A stretch of DNA of 64,000 nucleotides, taken from the IMG/VR virus record IMGVR_UViG_3300042397_003635. One strand, written 5' to 3'. The notes beneath the pieces were generated by a model. That model made no database searches. It saw only the letters and a program-made list of their open reading frames with translations, and was not told the DNA's origin. Below, piece by piece: positions 9,599-19,670 of the stretch. The position numbers and the translations under genes are program-made. How positions within the stretch are numbered: the stretch's first letter is position 1; every line of letters begins with the position of its first letter. Source of the stretch: a virus (Duplodnaviria > Caudoviricetes).

Positions 9599-12127
9599 TT
9601 ATTTAAATAATACATTTGGATTTACGTCTGCGCCAAAAAAGTTTGGCATATAAGACGGGTCTGCTTTTACTTTAGCTAATTCAGATTTAATCCAAGCAAT
9701 TTCAGTTGGATTTGGATATAAAGAAGGTTTTGAGAGTCTATCGGCATTTGCTGAAACCTTATTATAATAGCTTCCATATAAATCCATTAATGAATTAATT
9801 TTATTTACAATAGAGCCTTCGTATGATATTTCTCCATTTTGAATTTGTGCTAAGTGATACCATAATCCTCTAACTCCAAGATCGGCATCGAGTCTAGCTT
9901 CTGCAATTAAATTAGGATCAGTTCCAGCATTAAATTCTACAAAAATTCCTTCCGTTGAATTATTTACTCTTGGTACACCAGTTTGATCTAGAACTTGATT
10001 AACTGCATCATCATTAGCAGTTGCGCTCAATGGAGTAGCTCCAGTTATCTCTTGAATTTTAGAAGTATTATCACCATGTCCGCCGGTATCAGTCAAAGTT
10101 TGGGTCGCAGCTGCAGTGTCGATAACTTGAGCTGGAACACTTAAACAAATATCATTAAAGCTCTTAGGACCAATAATTGCAGTAAGCTGTGTATCTGCAA
10201 TCTTTTTGGTTTCAACTGCTACTTCCTTTTTTAATTCTTCAGTTTGGATAGCAACGTTTGTGTGTTGTTCGCTACTTCCCCAAGCATTAGTCACTGAACT
10301 AGCTTCGACTTCTTCAGTTTTAGCAGCCTCTGCTAAAAATTCGTATTTGTATTTAATATACTTTAATCCTTCATTAAATTCTCCAAATCCTTTCTTATCA
10401 GCAGTCTTTTCTGGTCCAAACATTTTACCAAGATTACCAGTAAGAACGTTTGCGCCCTTTGCCATAAAACTAACTGGGCAACGCAATGCTGCACCGATTA
10501 AATATTTTGCAGTAATAAGGCGGTTTCTATTAAATCTTCTTCTTACTAAAGCTATACCGAGATCTCCCAATTCATCTTGAAGTTTTGCAAATTTTGCAGC
10601 AGCTTGGGTTCCGGCCTCTGACAATTTAATTGCAATTTCAGGGTTTTTTGCAAATACTCTAAATAGTTGAGTTACGCCTGGGCCAGCATCATTTAATGCC
10701 TTGACTGTTTCTGGGTGGCTTACTAACCAACCAAAAAATTTCTTAATATTTTCGGGATCGTCCTTTAAAGTTTTAAAAATATCTGCTGATAGACTTGTAC
10801 CCTTTCCACCAACTGCTGCCGCTGACCAATATTTTGCAAGAACCTCTCCGCCAGCCTCATCTAATTTAAGAAGACCTTTTACAAACAATTTATTTGATTC
10901 CATTTCATAATAAACAGCTCTCATTTCATTGTCTAGCATATCAAGCTCAGCTTTTTCAAGGGGCTTTTTCAACTTTGATCTAAAATCGATAAGTTCATTT
11001 TTAAATTTATCAAAGTTTGCATCAACTGCCTTTCTAAATAGGTCTGGATTGGAAGCCATTTCCTTAGTAAATGCAAGTTCAGAACTTGCAAGCATTTTTC
11101 TGAAAGGAACATGCTGAGCAATATCTCCAAATTTTCCAGCTGCAATTAACTCATCAATATTATCTGTAATTTTCGAAATATCTCCAGTCTTTATTAGAGA
11201 TGCAATATCCTCGCCGCCTTTAAGTACGGTCTCGCCACCAAATTTTTCTAGATTTCTAGCAACTGGTGTGATTACTTCATCGACCCAAGAAATAAGTTTT
11301 TTTCCTAATGCGGTACTTCCACCAAATGTAAGCCAACTAATGGGAGGTATACTTAATATATGACCAATTCCTAAAGCAATACCATGAAAAACCTTAAGCA
11401 TAATTGTACCAACTGATGACATTCCATCTAATACAACCCTTGCACCAGAATCTGCAGCAAGTTCAGCAATAAGTTTTTCTTCAGCTTTACCGGTTTTAAT
11501 AATAGATTCAAATGCTTTTTCTAATTTGGCTGCGTTTTTACCGTATTTTACCGCTTTTGCTGCATCACCAATTCCAGGTAAAAACGCTGCAATTGCACTA
11601 ATCCCTGCATCTAGCCAACGTCCTCTAAACATGTAAATTATCGCATTTAATCCATCTGCAACAACATCAATTGGAAATCCAACGTATGATGCTGGAATAA
11701 ATCCAATTAAATCTAATAAGAATTGAAGAATGCCAATTGGCGAACTGTCTTCAGTTAACGCATTCCATAAACCAGCTAAAAAATCAACTACTCCTTCATT
11801 AATTGAAGTATATTCATCGACAATTCTAGTTATTTGATAATTTGATTCAACGAAAAGATTTTCTCCAATAAGACCCTTAGCAAATAGAGTATGCTCGATT
11901 TGGGTAATTTCAGACTGGTTAAATCCAACGCTTTCTAATGAAAGCTGATACTTTCTAAAATCTGCAGTATCGGTTGCAGTTTGTACGTCCTGGATTCGGA
12001 TTGCACAGTTTTCAATAATGTTAATAAGAGACTCTCCAAACTCATTAATAAATGATGATAATCTCTCCGCGTCCCCAGGGTTTAGTGATAATACAGATTC
12101 CCTAGATTGAATATATTTTGATGCCAT
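9599..12127 (-). CDS. 842-aa helical virion protein with pre-toxin-TG-like hydrophobic segment
   Basis: LDLIGFIP...VADGLNAIIY..RG.WLDAGISAIAAFLPGIGDAAKAVK; ATAAATA promoter at 12151-12157. Confidence 0.6.
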   Translation of the reverse strand: MASKYIQSRESVLSLNPGDAERLSSFINEFGESLINIIENCAIRIQDVQTATDTADFRKYQLSLESVGFNQSEITQIEHTLFAKGLIGENLFVESNYQITRIVDEYTSINEGVVDFLAGLWNALTEDSSPIGILQFLLDLIGFIPASYVGFPIDVVADGLNAIIYMFRGRWLDAGISAIAAFLPGIGDAAKAVKYGKNAAKLEKAFESIIKTGKAEEKLIAELAADSGARVVLDGMSSVGTIMLKVFHGIALGIGHILSIPPISWLTFGGSTALGKKLISWVDEVITPVARNLEKFGGETVLKGGEDIASLIKTGDISKITDNIDELIAAGKFGDIAQHVPFRKMLASSELAFTKEMASNPDLFRKAVDANFDKFKNELIDFRSKLKKPLEKAELDMLDNEMRAVYYEMESNKLFVKGLLKLDEAGGEVLAKYWSAAAVGGKGTSLSADIFKTLKDDPENIKKFFGWLVSHPETVKALNDAGPGVTQLFRVFAKNPEIAIKLSEAGTQAAAKFAKLQDELGDLGIALVRRRFNRNRLITAKYLIGAALRCPVSFMAKGANVLTGNLGKMFGPEKTADKKGFGEFNEGLKYIKYKYEFLAEAAKTEEVEASSVTNAWGSSEQHTNVAIQTEELKKEVAVETKKIADTQLTAIIGPKSFNDICLSVPAQVIDTAAATQTLTDTGGHGDNTSKIQEITGATPLSATANDDAVNQVLDQTGVPRVNNSTEGIFVEFNAGTDPNLIAEARLDADLGVRGLWYHLAQIQNGEISYEGSIVNKINSLMDLYGSYYNKVSANADRLSKPSLYPNPTEIAWIKSELAKVKADPSYMPNFFGADVNPNVLFK

Positions 12128-12153
12128 TTAATAGTAAGGCCATTTTTCTTTAT

Positions 12154-13233
12154 TTATCTAAATGGAAACAGATTTGAAATACACTTAGAATAGATGGAAG
12201 CTCGGTCAGAAGGGCTAGAATCTTTAAAAAATGCCAGAATTTCTTCTAATTTAACCAAATCTGTAAATCCAAGAGCTTCATGAATACGATAATCTTTATA
12301 TGAGACTGGAATCGCGCCAAATATAAGGCTTTCGTATACCCTGGCTGGATAAAATCCGCGTTCTACATAAAGATCCTTTGAAATATTTAAACTAATGGTT
12401 GAACTTGCATATTCATTCCAAATATCAGAACGATCGTATCGTTTAATTAATTTAATATGTCTTTCTGTAAACTCTTCTGCTAAAGCTGGGTCAAGCTTTC
12501 CAGCTACTGATACCTCATATTTTTTTCCAGTAAATGATTTAAACTCTGCAGAATTTTTAATTGCATCAACTACAATTGGATTTTTTGCGTGACCTGCTTT
12601 ATAATTTCCAAATGAAATATTTCCATAATAAAAAATCTTATTGTTTCTATCAAAACGATCTGTTTCTTCTAACCAAACTTTTTCGCAGTCTTTAATAAAG
12701 GCCTTTGATATGTTTGGATAGTCTATTGATGGAATTTCAAATGAGATTCCTTGAGATTTGCAAAATTCCACAAACTCTGGTTCTAGTGAAAGATCTGTAT
12801 CTAGTATTACAACCTTATTTGCCTGGCCACTTTGAATTGCTGCTGTAATAATTAGTTCAAACTGCTTAGCATCAGTTAATTGTTTAGTTAAAGTTGAAAG
12901 ATTTCTAAATCTAGCTTTTAGAAATATTTTTTCATATCGACCCTTTTCAATATTTTCCATAATTTTCGGAAAACTTAAATTGTAGGAACGAATTCTTTCT
13001 TTGGTAAATTTTTCAAAAACTGGCGTAACTGGGCTCTTTGGCCAAACTGGAGATTTTTGATCTGCTCCAATCGAATCATGTGATAAGTAGGAATAAAAAT
13101 CGACTTTATCTACATGATGAGAAAGACATAATTGATCAATTAGACCAAGTTGATAAAATGTGTGACCTGGAATATCTGTTGAAAAATCACCTAGATATCC
13201 AAAATATGCATATACTGCAGCTGGGGTATTCAT
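12154..13233 (-). CDS. GT-B fold glycosyltransferase (start moved to ATG 13233)
   Basis: IFYYGN, SVAGK, and a C-terminal TISLNISKDLY...PARVYESLIFGAIPV segment like CgeB and T4 BGT-type enzymes. Confidence 0.65.
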   Translation of the reverse strand: MNTPAAVYAYFGYLGDFSTDIPGHTFYQLGLIDQLCLSHHVDKVDFYSYLSHDSIGADQKSPVWPKSPVTPVFEKFTKERIRSYNLSFPKIMENIEKGRYEKIFLKARFRNLSTLTKQLTDAKQFELIITAAIQSGQANKVVILDTDLSLEPEFVEFCKSQGISFEIPSIDYPNISKAFIKDCEKVWLEETDRFDRNNKIFYYGNISFGNYKAGHAKNPIVVDAIKNSAEFKSFTGKKYEVSVAGKLDPALAEEFTERHIKLIKRYDRSDIWNEYASSTISLNISKDLYVERGFYPARVYESLIFGAIPVSYKDYRIHEALGFTDLVKLEEILAFFKDSSPSDRASIYSKCISNLFPFR

Positions 13234-13269
13234 ATTTTTATTATACAATAGTTTCATCATAAGATTACA

Positions 13270-13293
13270 AAAAAGGCCGAGTTTCCTCGGCCT
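13270..13293 (-). terminator. intrinsic terminator after the methyltransferase
   Basis: Minus strand AGGCCGAG-GAAA-CTCGGCCT followed by a U-run. Confidence 0.85.
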
Positions 13294-13314
13294 GTAGGTC
13301 TAGATCAACTTAAA

Positions 13315-14133
13315 TTAACCTCTCTTTACTGCTGCAAAGTGAGTAATCCAAGTTTTAGTATTTTCAACATTAGGGCAAACATAAATGTCATCAAAATTTG
13401 CTCTAAAAATATCTAAGATTTCATTGAATTTTTCAACGCGCCCTTTAGAAAGATTACGATAGTGGAAATGATATTCGATAATAGCAATTCTGATATTTGA
13501 CCAATCTTCTACAGATTTAATCAAATCGTATTCAGCGCCCTCTACATCCATTTTTAAGCAGGTTGCTTCTTTAAGGGCTTCGCTAAAGTTTTTAGCAGGA
13601 ACTGTTACTTGAGTACGACCTCTAACTGGAAGTAGTGAGTGTTTACCTGAATCCCAAGCTAAAAAGAAGTCTACATTTTTTGTATCATCGTTTGGTACAA
13701 GTGCAGCCTCAATCATTTCACAACGGTCAGCTACGCCATTTTCTCCAAGATTAAGTTCAGCAAACTCAATATTATTACGAAAAGGTTCATACGACAAAAC
13801 TTTCTTAATTCGTGGAAATTGGGTTAAGAGACGAGTTGCAAAAACTCCAATATGTCCACCTGCATCTAACCACACGTCCTCTTGGTCTAAGTTTTCTAGT
13901 TGAAATTGATGACCATTAGTATTCCAATCGGTTCTAAATAATGGACTAAAGTATTCCCCGCCTGTAGCAGTTTTACTAATGTTTTGATTAATATTGTATT
14001 TAACTTCATCTTCTGAACGTACAAATAAACTGTAATTAAAATACGGTGTGTCTTTTTTGGTATGGATTAGGAGTCCGCGTTCTCTAGCTTCTTCTAGACT
14101 AATCAATACGTCTGCTGTTTTCTGTTTTGCCAT
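13315..14133 (-). CDS. FkbM-family SAM-dependent methyltransferase
   Basis: WLDAGGHIGVF, SYEP..NN, LKMDVEGAEYDLI, IIEYH motifs. Confidence 0.88.
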   Translation of the reverse strand: MAKQKTADVLISLEEARERGLLIHTKKDTPYFNYSLFVRSEDEVKYNINQNISKTATGGEYFSPLFRTDWNTNGHQFQLENLDQEDVWLDAGGHIGVFATRLLTQFPRIKKVLSYEPFRNNIEFAELNLGENGVADRCEMIEAALVPNDDTKNVDFFLAWDSGKHSLLPVRGRTQVTVPAKNFSEALKEATCLKMDVEGAEYDLIKSVEDWSNIRIAIIEYHFHYRNLSKGRVEKFNEILDIFRANFDDIYVCPNVENTKTWITHFAAVKRG

Positions 14134-14170
14134 GTTACTACTTTAAGTATGTTTAGATTATTATACTAAT

Positions 14171-14195
14171 AAAAAAGCCCGAGTTACCTCGGGCT
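14171..14195 (-). terminator. intrinsic terminator followed by an AGTATAAT box
   Basis: Minus strand AGCCCGAG-GTAA-CTCGGGCT TTTTT; AGTATAAT at 14160-14167. Confidence 0.85.
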
Positions 14196-14221
14196 CTAAA
14201 AATATTTAAAATATTAAAAAA

Positions 14222-15886
14222 TTACATAGTTTCAACTTCTGGCATAATCTCGTCCTCTTTAACGGTTTCGCCATTGCTTAATTGATATAAACCATCTGCA
14301 GTAACTCCGCTAATTTCAACCGGTTCACCATTATGCATTACTTTATCGCCGATTCCATATTTAGAACCGTTTGAACCTAACATAGGATCAGTTTCTAAAC
14401 TATCATCTAACGAAAGATATTCATCCTTAAGACCTACAATACTTGAATTAATTGTATGCTTAAGAGTTTCCAATTGATCTTGAGTTTCTTCATCTGCTTC
14501 TGCAATTACTGAATTTAGTTGAGAGATAGATTCTTCTAATTTTGCAATATCAGCTTGGATTGCAGATTTTCTTTCGTTAACGCTTTTAATAAATTCTTGT
14601 CTTTCTGAAAGTTGAATTGCAAACATATCGCTTACATCATACTTAAATGTTTCAGCAACATATTTATGGAATCCTAACGTATCATATTTCTTAAGACCTT
14701 GTCTGTCTAAAACAAAAATACCAGATTTTTCAGTATTAATAGCATAACTTTGAGCACCTTCAGTAACAAATCGTTGAACGAATTCAAACTGAGCAATCAT
14801 ATTTGCATTTTCTAAAATTTTTGCAACATTTTGCTTAAATGCAATAGTTTCAACAACTAAAGTTTTGTAAATTTCAGAGCTATTTAAGTCTTCTGCAACT
14901 TTACCATTGATTTCAAATGAAACTTCGCCTTCTGGAGAAACTTTAAATGCAATAGTATTTGCTTTACCTTTAGCTTCTACACCATGTTCAGTAGGTTTAA
15001 AACCTAAATCAGTGTAAGCTTTTGCAGTTTGAGTAAACTCGTCTTCTTGTGGAAGAGATGAGAAAGGAACCATTTCGGCTTCTTCTTCACCATTCATATC
15101 AATAATATGATTCTCGATTAAAACTCTAACTCCGTTTGCAGTTCTAGTATAAACTCCAACTACTGGATTAATTTTAGTTGAGCTATTACCTGAACCTAAA
15201 TTAAATCCTCCGTTTTGAGAAGATTCAAATTGTGAAAGTCTATTAAGAAGATTCTTAATAACTGGTTGAGCAGTAGCTTCTGCTAAAATCATAGTTAAAG
15301 CATCAACTGAAGTTCTACCTTCAAGAATTGCTCCTTCTAGTTTTTCGCAAACTTTTGCATAATATGCGTTTGGTGCTTTCTTTAAATCTGCTATTGTATT
15401 GAAGATTGCAATAGTTGCACGATTTTCTGATACATATTTAGTTAATTCAGCAACCACTGACTTAACAGTAGAGTCAAACGAAAATGGTGCAAGTTTAGTA
15501 ATAACTGATTCTACCACGATTGGCTCAGAATTTACAGTTACTGCTTTTTCAAGACCTAAAACAACTGTTCTAAAAATAGGGTCTGCATATGCTGCAGATT
15601 CTTTAATTTGAGCAATCTTTGGAAGAACTGCTGCGCCGTTTTCGATCATTTTTAATTTTTTAGCTGGAGTATTTGACATTTCGTTAAATTTCTTAACGAT
15701 TGCATCAAGTTCAGTATTTTGTAGTTTTTCACTAACTTCAGCTAGATCGGCTAGAGCTTGCTCGATGTTGCCAGAAGCATTAACGTTGGCCTCAACGCCA
15801 GCGACGAACATCTGTAGCATTCTGCTTTCAGATACAGCTTGTGCTGCTTTTAATTCTTTGATTAAGTTTTTTGTTAAGTCGTTCAT
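14222..15886 (-). CDS. 554-aa acidic coiled-coil protein, possible prohead core/scaffold component
   Basis: Helical, Glu/Ala-rich; GATAAATA promoter at 15908-15915. Confidence 0.5.
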   Translation of the reverse strand: MNDLTKNLIKELKAAQAVSESRMLQMFVAGVEANVNASGNIEQALADLAEVSEKLQNTELDAIVKKFNEMSNTPAKKLKMIENGAAVLPKIAQIKESAAYADPIFRTVVLGLEKAVTVNSEPIVVESVITKLAPFSFDSTVKSVVAELTKYVSENRATIAIFNTIADLKKAPNAYYAKVCEKLEGAILEGRTSVDALTMILAEATAQPVIKNLLNRLSQFESSQNGGFNLGSGNSSTKINPVVGVYTRTANGVRVLIENHIIDMNGEEEAEMVPFSSLPQEDEFTQTAKAYTDLGFKPTEHGVEAKGKANTIAFKVSPEGEVSFEINGKVAEDLNSSEIYKTLVVETIAFKQNVAKILENANMIAQFEFVQRFVTEGAQSYAINTEKSGIFVLDRQGLKKYDTLGFHKYVAETFKYDVSDMFAIQLSERQEFIKSVNERKSAIQADIAKLEESISQLNSVIAEADEETQDQLETLKHTINSSIVGLKDEYLSLDDSLETDPMLGSNGSKYGIGDKVMHNGEPVEISGVTADGLYQLSNGETVKEDEIMPEVETM

Positions 15887-15954
15887 TATAGACGATCTAT
15901 TTTTTATTATTTATCTGTGCCTTATATAGCGATTCACTGGATTATTGTAATTGA

Positions 15955-18051
15955 TTAGAATTGAGTCGTTATATCATCTCCGGTAAATCTCCCGCCTGAT
16001 CCAGGTCTACCTAAGGACCTTCCATATCCAGTCGAGAGTGGTTTAACTTGTCTGATTGGGTTAGAATCTGGCGCAGTATCTGACGTTGAGTTTGATGCCT
16101 GAGAAGTTTGGTACTTAATACTATTTTTTCTAAGGTTTGCATTTTCATCCCTAAGCTGATCAACTAAAGTAGAAAGCTCGTCGAGTCTCTTTCTTAAAGT
16201 TTCTTCAGCTTTAATTCTAGTTTCCTCTGCTGTGTTTTGAGTAGTTGCCTCAGTTGCTCCGTCTGGCTTATACCATTTTCCTGTGTATAGGGCAGTTCGG
16301 GTGCCGTCACTTCCTACCGATACAATATAGAATTTTGTATCTTCTAACATAAGAATCTTAGACGTTGTTGCTACATCAAACTTAAATAGAATTTCTCCAA
16401 GATCAGAATTAACTTCAGACTGTTTAGTAGTATTTTTAACAGTAACTCTTGAATTATCTGTTCCAAAAACTAATTCAAATGATGAAAATTGTGTAAGATC
16501 AACTGTTCTAATTACAGGATTACCTGAAGTATTTAATTTTTCTTGTTTTACTTTAAATTTAAAAACATTATCAAATGGACTTACTATAATAGAAAGTAAA
16601 CCTTGACCATATGCAACTTCAGTGTTTTGACCACTTCCAGTCATTTTACTGCTTTCCGCTAATAAAATGCTATTATTTGAAAATAATACTGGAACGTATT
16701 CGGTAACAGTTCGGATTTCAATTTGAGGCACTGTTTCAACTGATTGAACTGCTAAAGCCGCCTGATTAGTCGAAGTAGCTGAGCGGTTTGCTTCAGTTTC
16801 ATTGTATACTTTAAGTGAATCTGTAACTTTAGTAATAATTAAGTTATTAATTCTATTAGAATTTGGTTTATCTGCCAATTCAAGTTTACTTAAAGATTTT
16901 CCATACTTATTTGGATTAACTACTACTAGAGATCCAGTTCTAATAATTTGTTCGTTTGTTGTTCTATTAACTAATCTAACTGAATAGTCAATTGCCATGC
17001 TAACTGCCTCATTTGCATTTTTTAAAATTGGTCTATAAATTAGAGGTTCATCAAAATTACTTTCTTGAAAGAATGTTGCGTCACCACTTTTAATAAATGA
17101 TGAGCCAATTTGTTCAAATATTGTAAGCTGGTGAAAGATTATCCAAGATTGTCCAGTACGTTTTTCAAGTATACCAATAAATTCTTCTGGGAAACCTTCA
17201 TTCCAGGTTGCATTAAATTCAATATAATCTCCATCTAATGCTTCTCTAATTTTAGCACCAATTAAATCAAATTCATTTGCTTGACTTACTTGAGCGACAT
17301 ATGCTTGATTTACATCATATGTTGAATAAACCTCGTCTGCTGTATTAAAGGCTGGACCCTCTTTACATTCAAATAGATTAACTGTAATTGGATTGTTTTT
17401 AACTAAGCCTACTCCAGTTGCCGTGCCATTTACCGTAACCGTTGTTGCTTTATATTCAAAAGTAATCGCTGGGTTTGGTGAAGTATAGAACTGCTCATCC
17501 ATATTTTTAATAGATGGTACAATTATATCAATATATCGGTCGTACATTGCATTACCAATAATCATTGGTCTGGTTGCAAATAATAAAACATCACCAAGTG
17601 TAGTTGAATTAATTAGTATGCTTGCTAATATTAAAGCATTACCGTTATTCATATCTTGTCTAATTGATAGTACAAGGCTAGAAAAGTCATCAAATTGAAA
17701 ACCAGATGCAAAATGGAATCTTACTCGATCTGCAATAATTGATCCAGCTGGAATTAATGTTTCAGACGCTCCAGGAACTTTACTAATTGCATATTCTGTA
17801 TAGTTTGGAGAATCTTCTGAGTCTAAATAAACAAATCGCCCGCTATTAGTTGACAGAGGAACTGCAGTCAAATCTTTAATGTTTCCAGTTTCATATAGTG
17901 CTGAATCTGGGTTGTATAGGTAAATCTCTCCCTCGCCTAATGTTAATGCATAGAACGGAGAATTAATTAAAATCGGACTTGCCGGCGATAATGATTCATA
18001 CTGATATTCCAGTAAACAATAATCGGTTAATTTTATAAATCTAGACTGCAT
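15955..18051 (-). CDS. large hypothetical, probably structural (698 aa)
   Basis: Long beta-rich ORF with a C-terminal coiled coil, in structural-gene context. Confidence 0.55.
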   Translation of the reverse strand: MQSRFIKLTDYCLLEYQYESLSPASPILINSPFYALTLGEGEIYLYNPDSALYETGNIKDLTAVPLSTNSGRFVYLDSEDSPNYTEYAISKVPGASETLIPAGSIIADRVRFHFASGFQFDDFSSLVLSIRQDMNNGNALILASILINSTTLGDVLLFATRPMIIGNAMYDRYIDIIVPSIKNMDEQFYTSPNPAITFEYKATTVTVNGTATGVGLVKNNPITVNLFECKEGPAFNTADEVYSTYDVNQAYVAQVSQANEFDLIGAKIREALDGDYIEFNATWNEGFPEEFIGILEKRTGQSWIIFHQLTIFEQIGSSFIKSGDATFFQESNFDEPLIYRPILKNANEAVSMAIDYSVRLVNRTTNEQIIRTGSLVVVNPNKYGKSLSKLELADKPNSNRINNLIITKVTDSLKVYNETEANRSATSTNQAALAVQSVETVPQIEIRTVTEYVPVLFSNNSILLAESSKMTGSGQNTEVAYGQGLLSIIVSPFDNVFKFKVKQEKLNTSGNPVIRTVDLTQFSSFELVFGTDNSRVTVKNTTKQSEVNSDLGEILFKFDVATTSKILMLEDTKFYIVSVGSDGTRTALYTGKWYKPDGATEATTQNTAEETRIKAEETLRKRLDELSTLVDQLRDENANLRKNSIKYQTSQASNSTSDTAPDSNPIRQVKPLSTGYGRSLGRPGSGGRFTGDDITTQF

Positions 18052-18076
18052 CCGTGATTCAATTTAATTTTTATAA

Positions 18077-18301
18077 TTACGATAGAAGAGATTCTAATGT
18101 AATTTTTGCATCGACCTCTCCTATATTATCTATTAACACATGCTCACGCTCTCTTAGTGTTTCCAATCTGCTTAGCAAAAGGTCTTTTTGTAATTCTAGA
18201 CTAGAAGCTAGCATTTCAAGTTTTTCAAGCTCTTCAAATATTTGAGAATATTCTGAAACTATAAGTTTGGCTTCGGTTTTAATATTAATAGGTACTTCCA
18301 T
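18077..18301 (-). CDS. small coiled-coil protein
   Basis: Heptad-rich 74-aa ORF co-oriented with its neighbours. Confidence 0.6.
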   Translation of the reverse strand: MEVPINIKTEAKLIVSEYSQIFEELEKLEMLASSLELQKDLLLSRLETLREREHVLIDNIGEVDAKITLESLLS

Positions 18302-18303
18302 TA

Positions 18304-19437
18304 TTATGAGATTTTAACTTTTAATTGACCTGACTTTAGAATATTTAGCATCTGTAACATATATCCGGCTAAGGCTGGATCTCCAGAATTTACGGAAACT
18401 GTATTAGGTTGCATTTCATCGGCAGTTGCAGCTTGGTTTGGTTGTGGCTGATTTGGTGTAACCTCTTCTATTGGTTTAGGCTGAGGTTGAACTGGAGAAG
18501 TAGAGGCTGCTTGATTAACAATATTGGTTTGAGATACGATCTTTGAATTAGACTCGGCTACATCTGTGAGACCCTGTGCAATTGCTTTATTAAATGTCGG
18601 CGGCTCGACTTCTTTAGCAGGAGCTAACGGATTACTAATTAAGGATAAAATTGCGGCTGGGTCGTTTGAGCTAAGAGTCGCTGTTGTTTGTGCTTCTCGT
18701 TTAGTTTTTTCAATTTCGGCAGTTCTTTCAAATTCTTCAACTGCTGACGTAATACCTTTACTAAATGTATTTGACAATTCTCCTCCAGCAGCAGAGCCGG
18801 TTGCGCTAACTACATCGGTTTTAAATATAGTCGATAAATCTCCACCTGATGCTATAATAGAATTAACGTCAGCTTCGAGCTGATTTTCTTGTTGACTTAA
18901 TGCAGTTCTAAATAAATCTAAGCTTACTTTGGGTTTATTTGAAACTGTCTCTTCTGGAACAGTAGTTAGAGCCTTAGTTGAAACAACGTCTGGGGTAGTT
19001 TTAGTAGATTCCTCCTTTGCGCTAGAAATATTTTTGATAAGATCTTCTAGAGCGGCAACATCCTTTATTGATAATTCAACTTTCTTTGGTTCAATCTTTA
19101 CAAGATCACTTGTAATTGACAGTGAATTATTTACTGTATTTAGCGTTGAATTATTTACAGTTGAGTTAGGTTTAGGTAGTCTTTCAGAAAGAGTTGATAG
19201 GGTATCAGAAAGACCTGATAAAATTTCATCGGAATTAACTATAGCAGATTGACCGGCAGGTAAAGTTTTTTCAGTAGCAGGACTCAATGGAGAACTTGCT
19301 GTAGAAACAGACTCTGCCAAATTTAAATCTGGTACAAACCCTTCGGGCTGCATTAAATCCATTAAATTTGGAACGCTTTGCCCAGTGGTTTTCAGGGTTG
19401 GATTAAGTGCTCCTAGTTCTAAATATAGACCGCTCAT
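18304..19437 (-). CDS. low-complexity S/T/P-rich protein, possible hub/tape-measure-related
   Basis: Directly downstream of gp26/gp51-like genes; GATAAATA at 19453-19460. Confidence 0.45.
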   Translation of the reverse strand: MSGLYLELGALNPTLKTTGQSVPNLMDLMQPEGFVPDLNLAESVSTASSPLSPATEKTLPAGQSAIVNSDEILSGLSDTLSTLSERLPKPNSTVNNSTLNTVNNSLSITSDLVKIEPKKVELSIKDVAALEDLIKNISSAKEESTKTTPDVVSTKALTTVPEETVSNKPKVSLDLFRTALSQQENQLEADVNSIIASGGDLSTIFKTDVVSATGSAAGGELSNTFSKGITSAVEEFERTAEIEKTKREAQTTATLSSNDPAAILSLISNPLAPAKEVEPPTFNKAIAQGLTDVAESNSKIVSQTNIVNQAASTSPVQPQPKPIEEVTPNQPQPNQAATADEMQPNTVSVNSGDPALAGYMLQMLNILKSGQLKVKIS

Positions 19438-19481
19438 TAAACTGCTTTTTGTTATTTATCGAAATATCCAGTAAAACCAAA

Positions 19482-19670
19482 TTATGCAAGTCTTCCCGGT
19501 AGATTCAATAATTCATCCTGTTCAGCTAGAATTCTAGCGTTAGATTCTTCTATTTGTTTATTAATAATAGTTAAGTAGATTGAATATTCATAAAACGGAA
19601 GCGAATACAATTGGTCCAATGGTTGATTCAGCTTCACCGCCAAGAACTTGTTAGTCTCAAACAAGTTCAC
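19482..19670 (-). CDS. T4 gp51-like baseplate hub assembly chaperone (GTG start; frame open upstream to 19736)
   Basis: NLFETN..L...LNQ....LYSLPFYEY.IYL.II pattern; overlaps the gp26-like 3' end. Confidence 0.6.
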   Translation of the reverse strand: MNLFETNKFLAVKLNQPLDQLYSLPFYEYSIYLTIINKQIEESNARILAEQDELLNLPGRLA

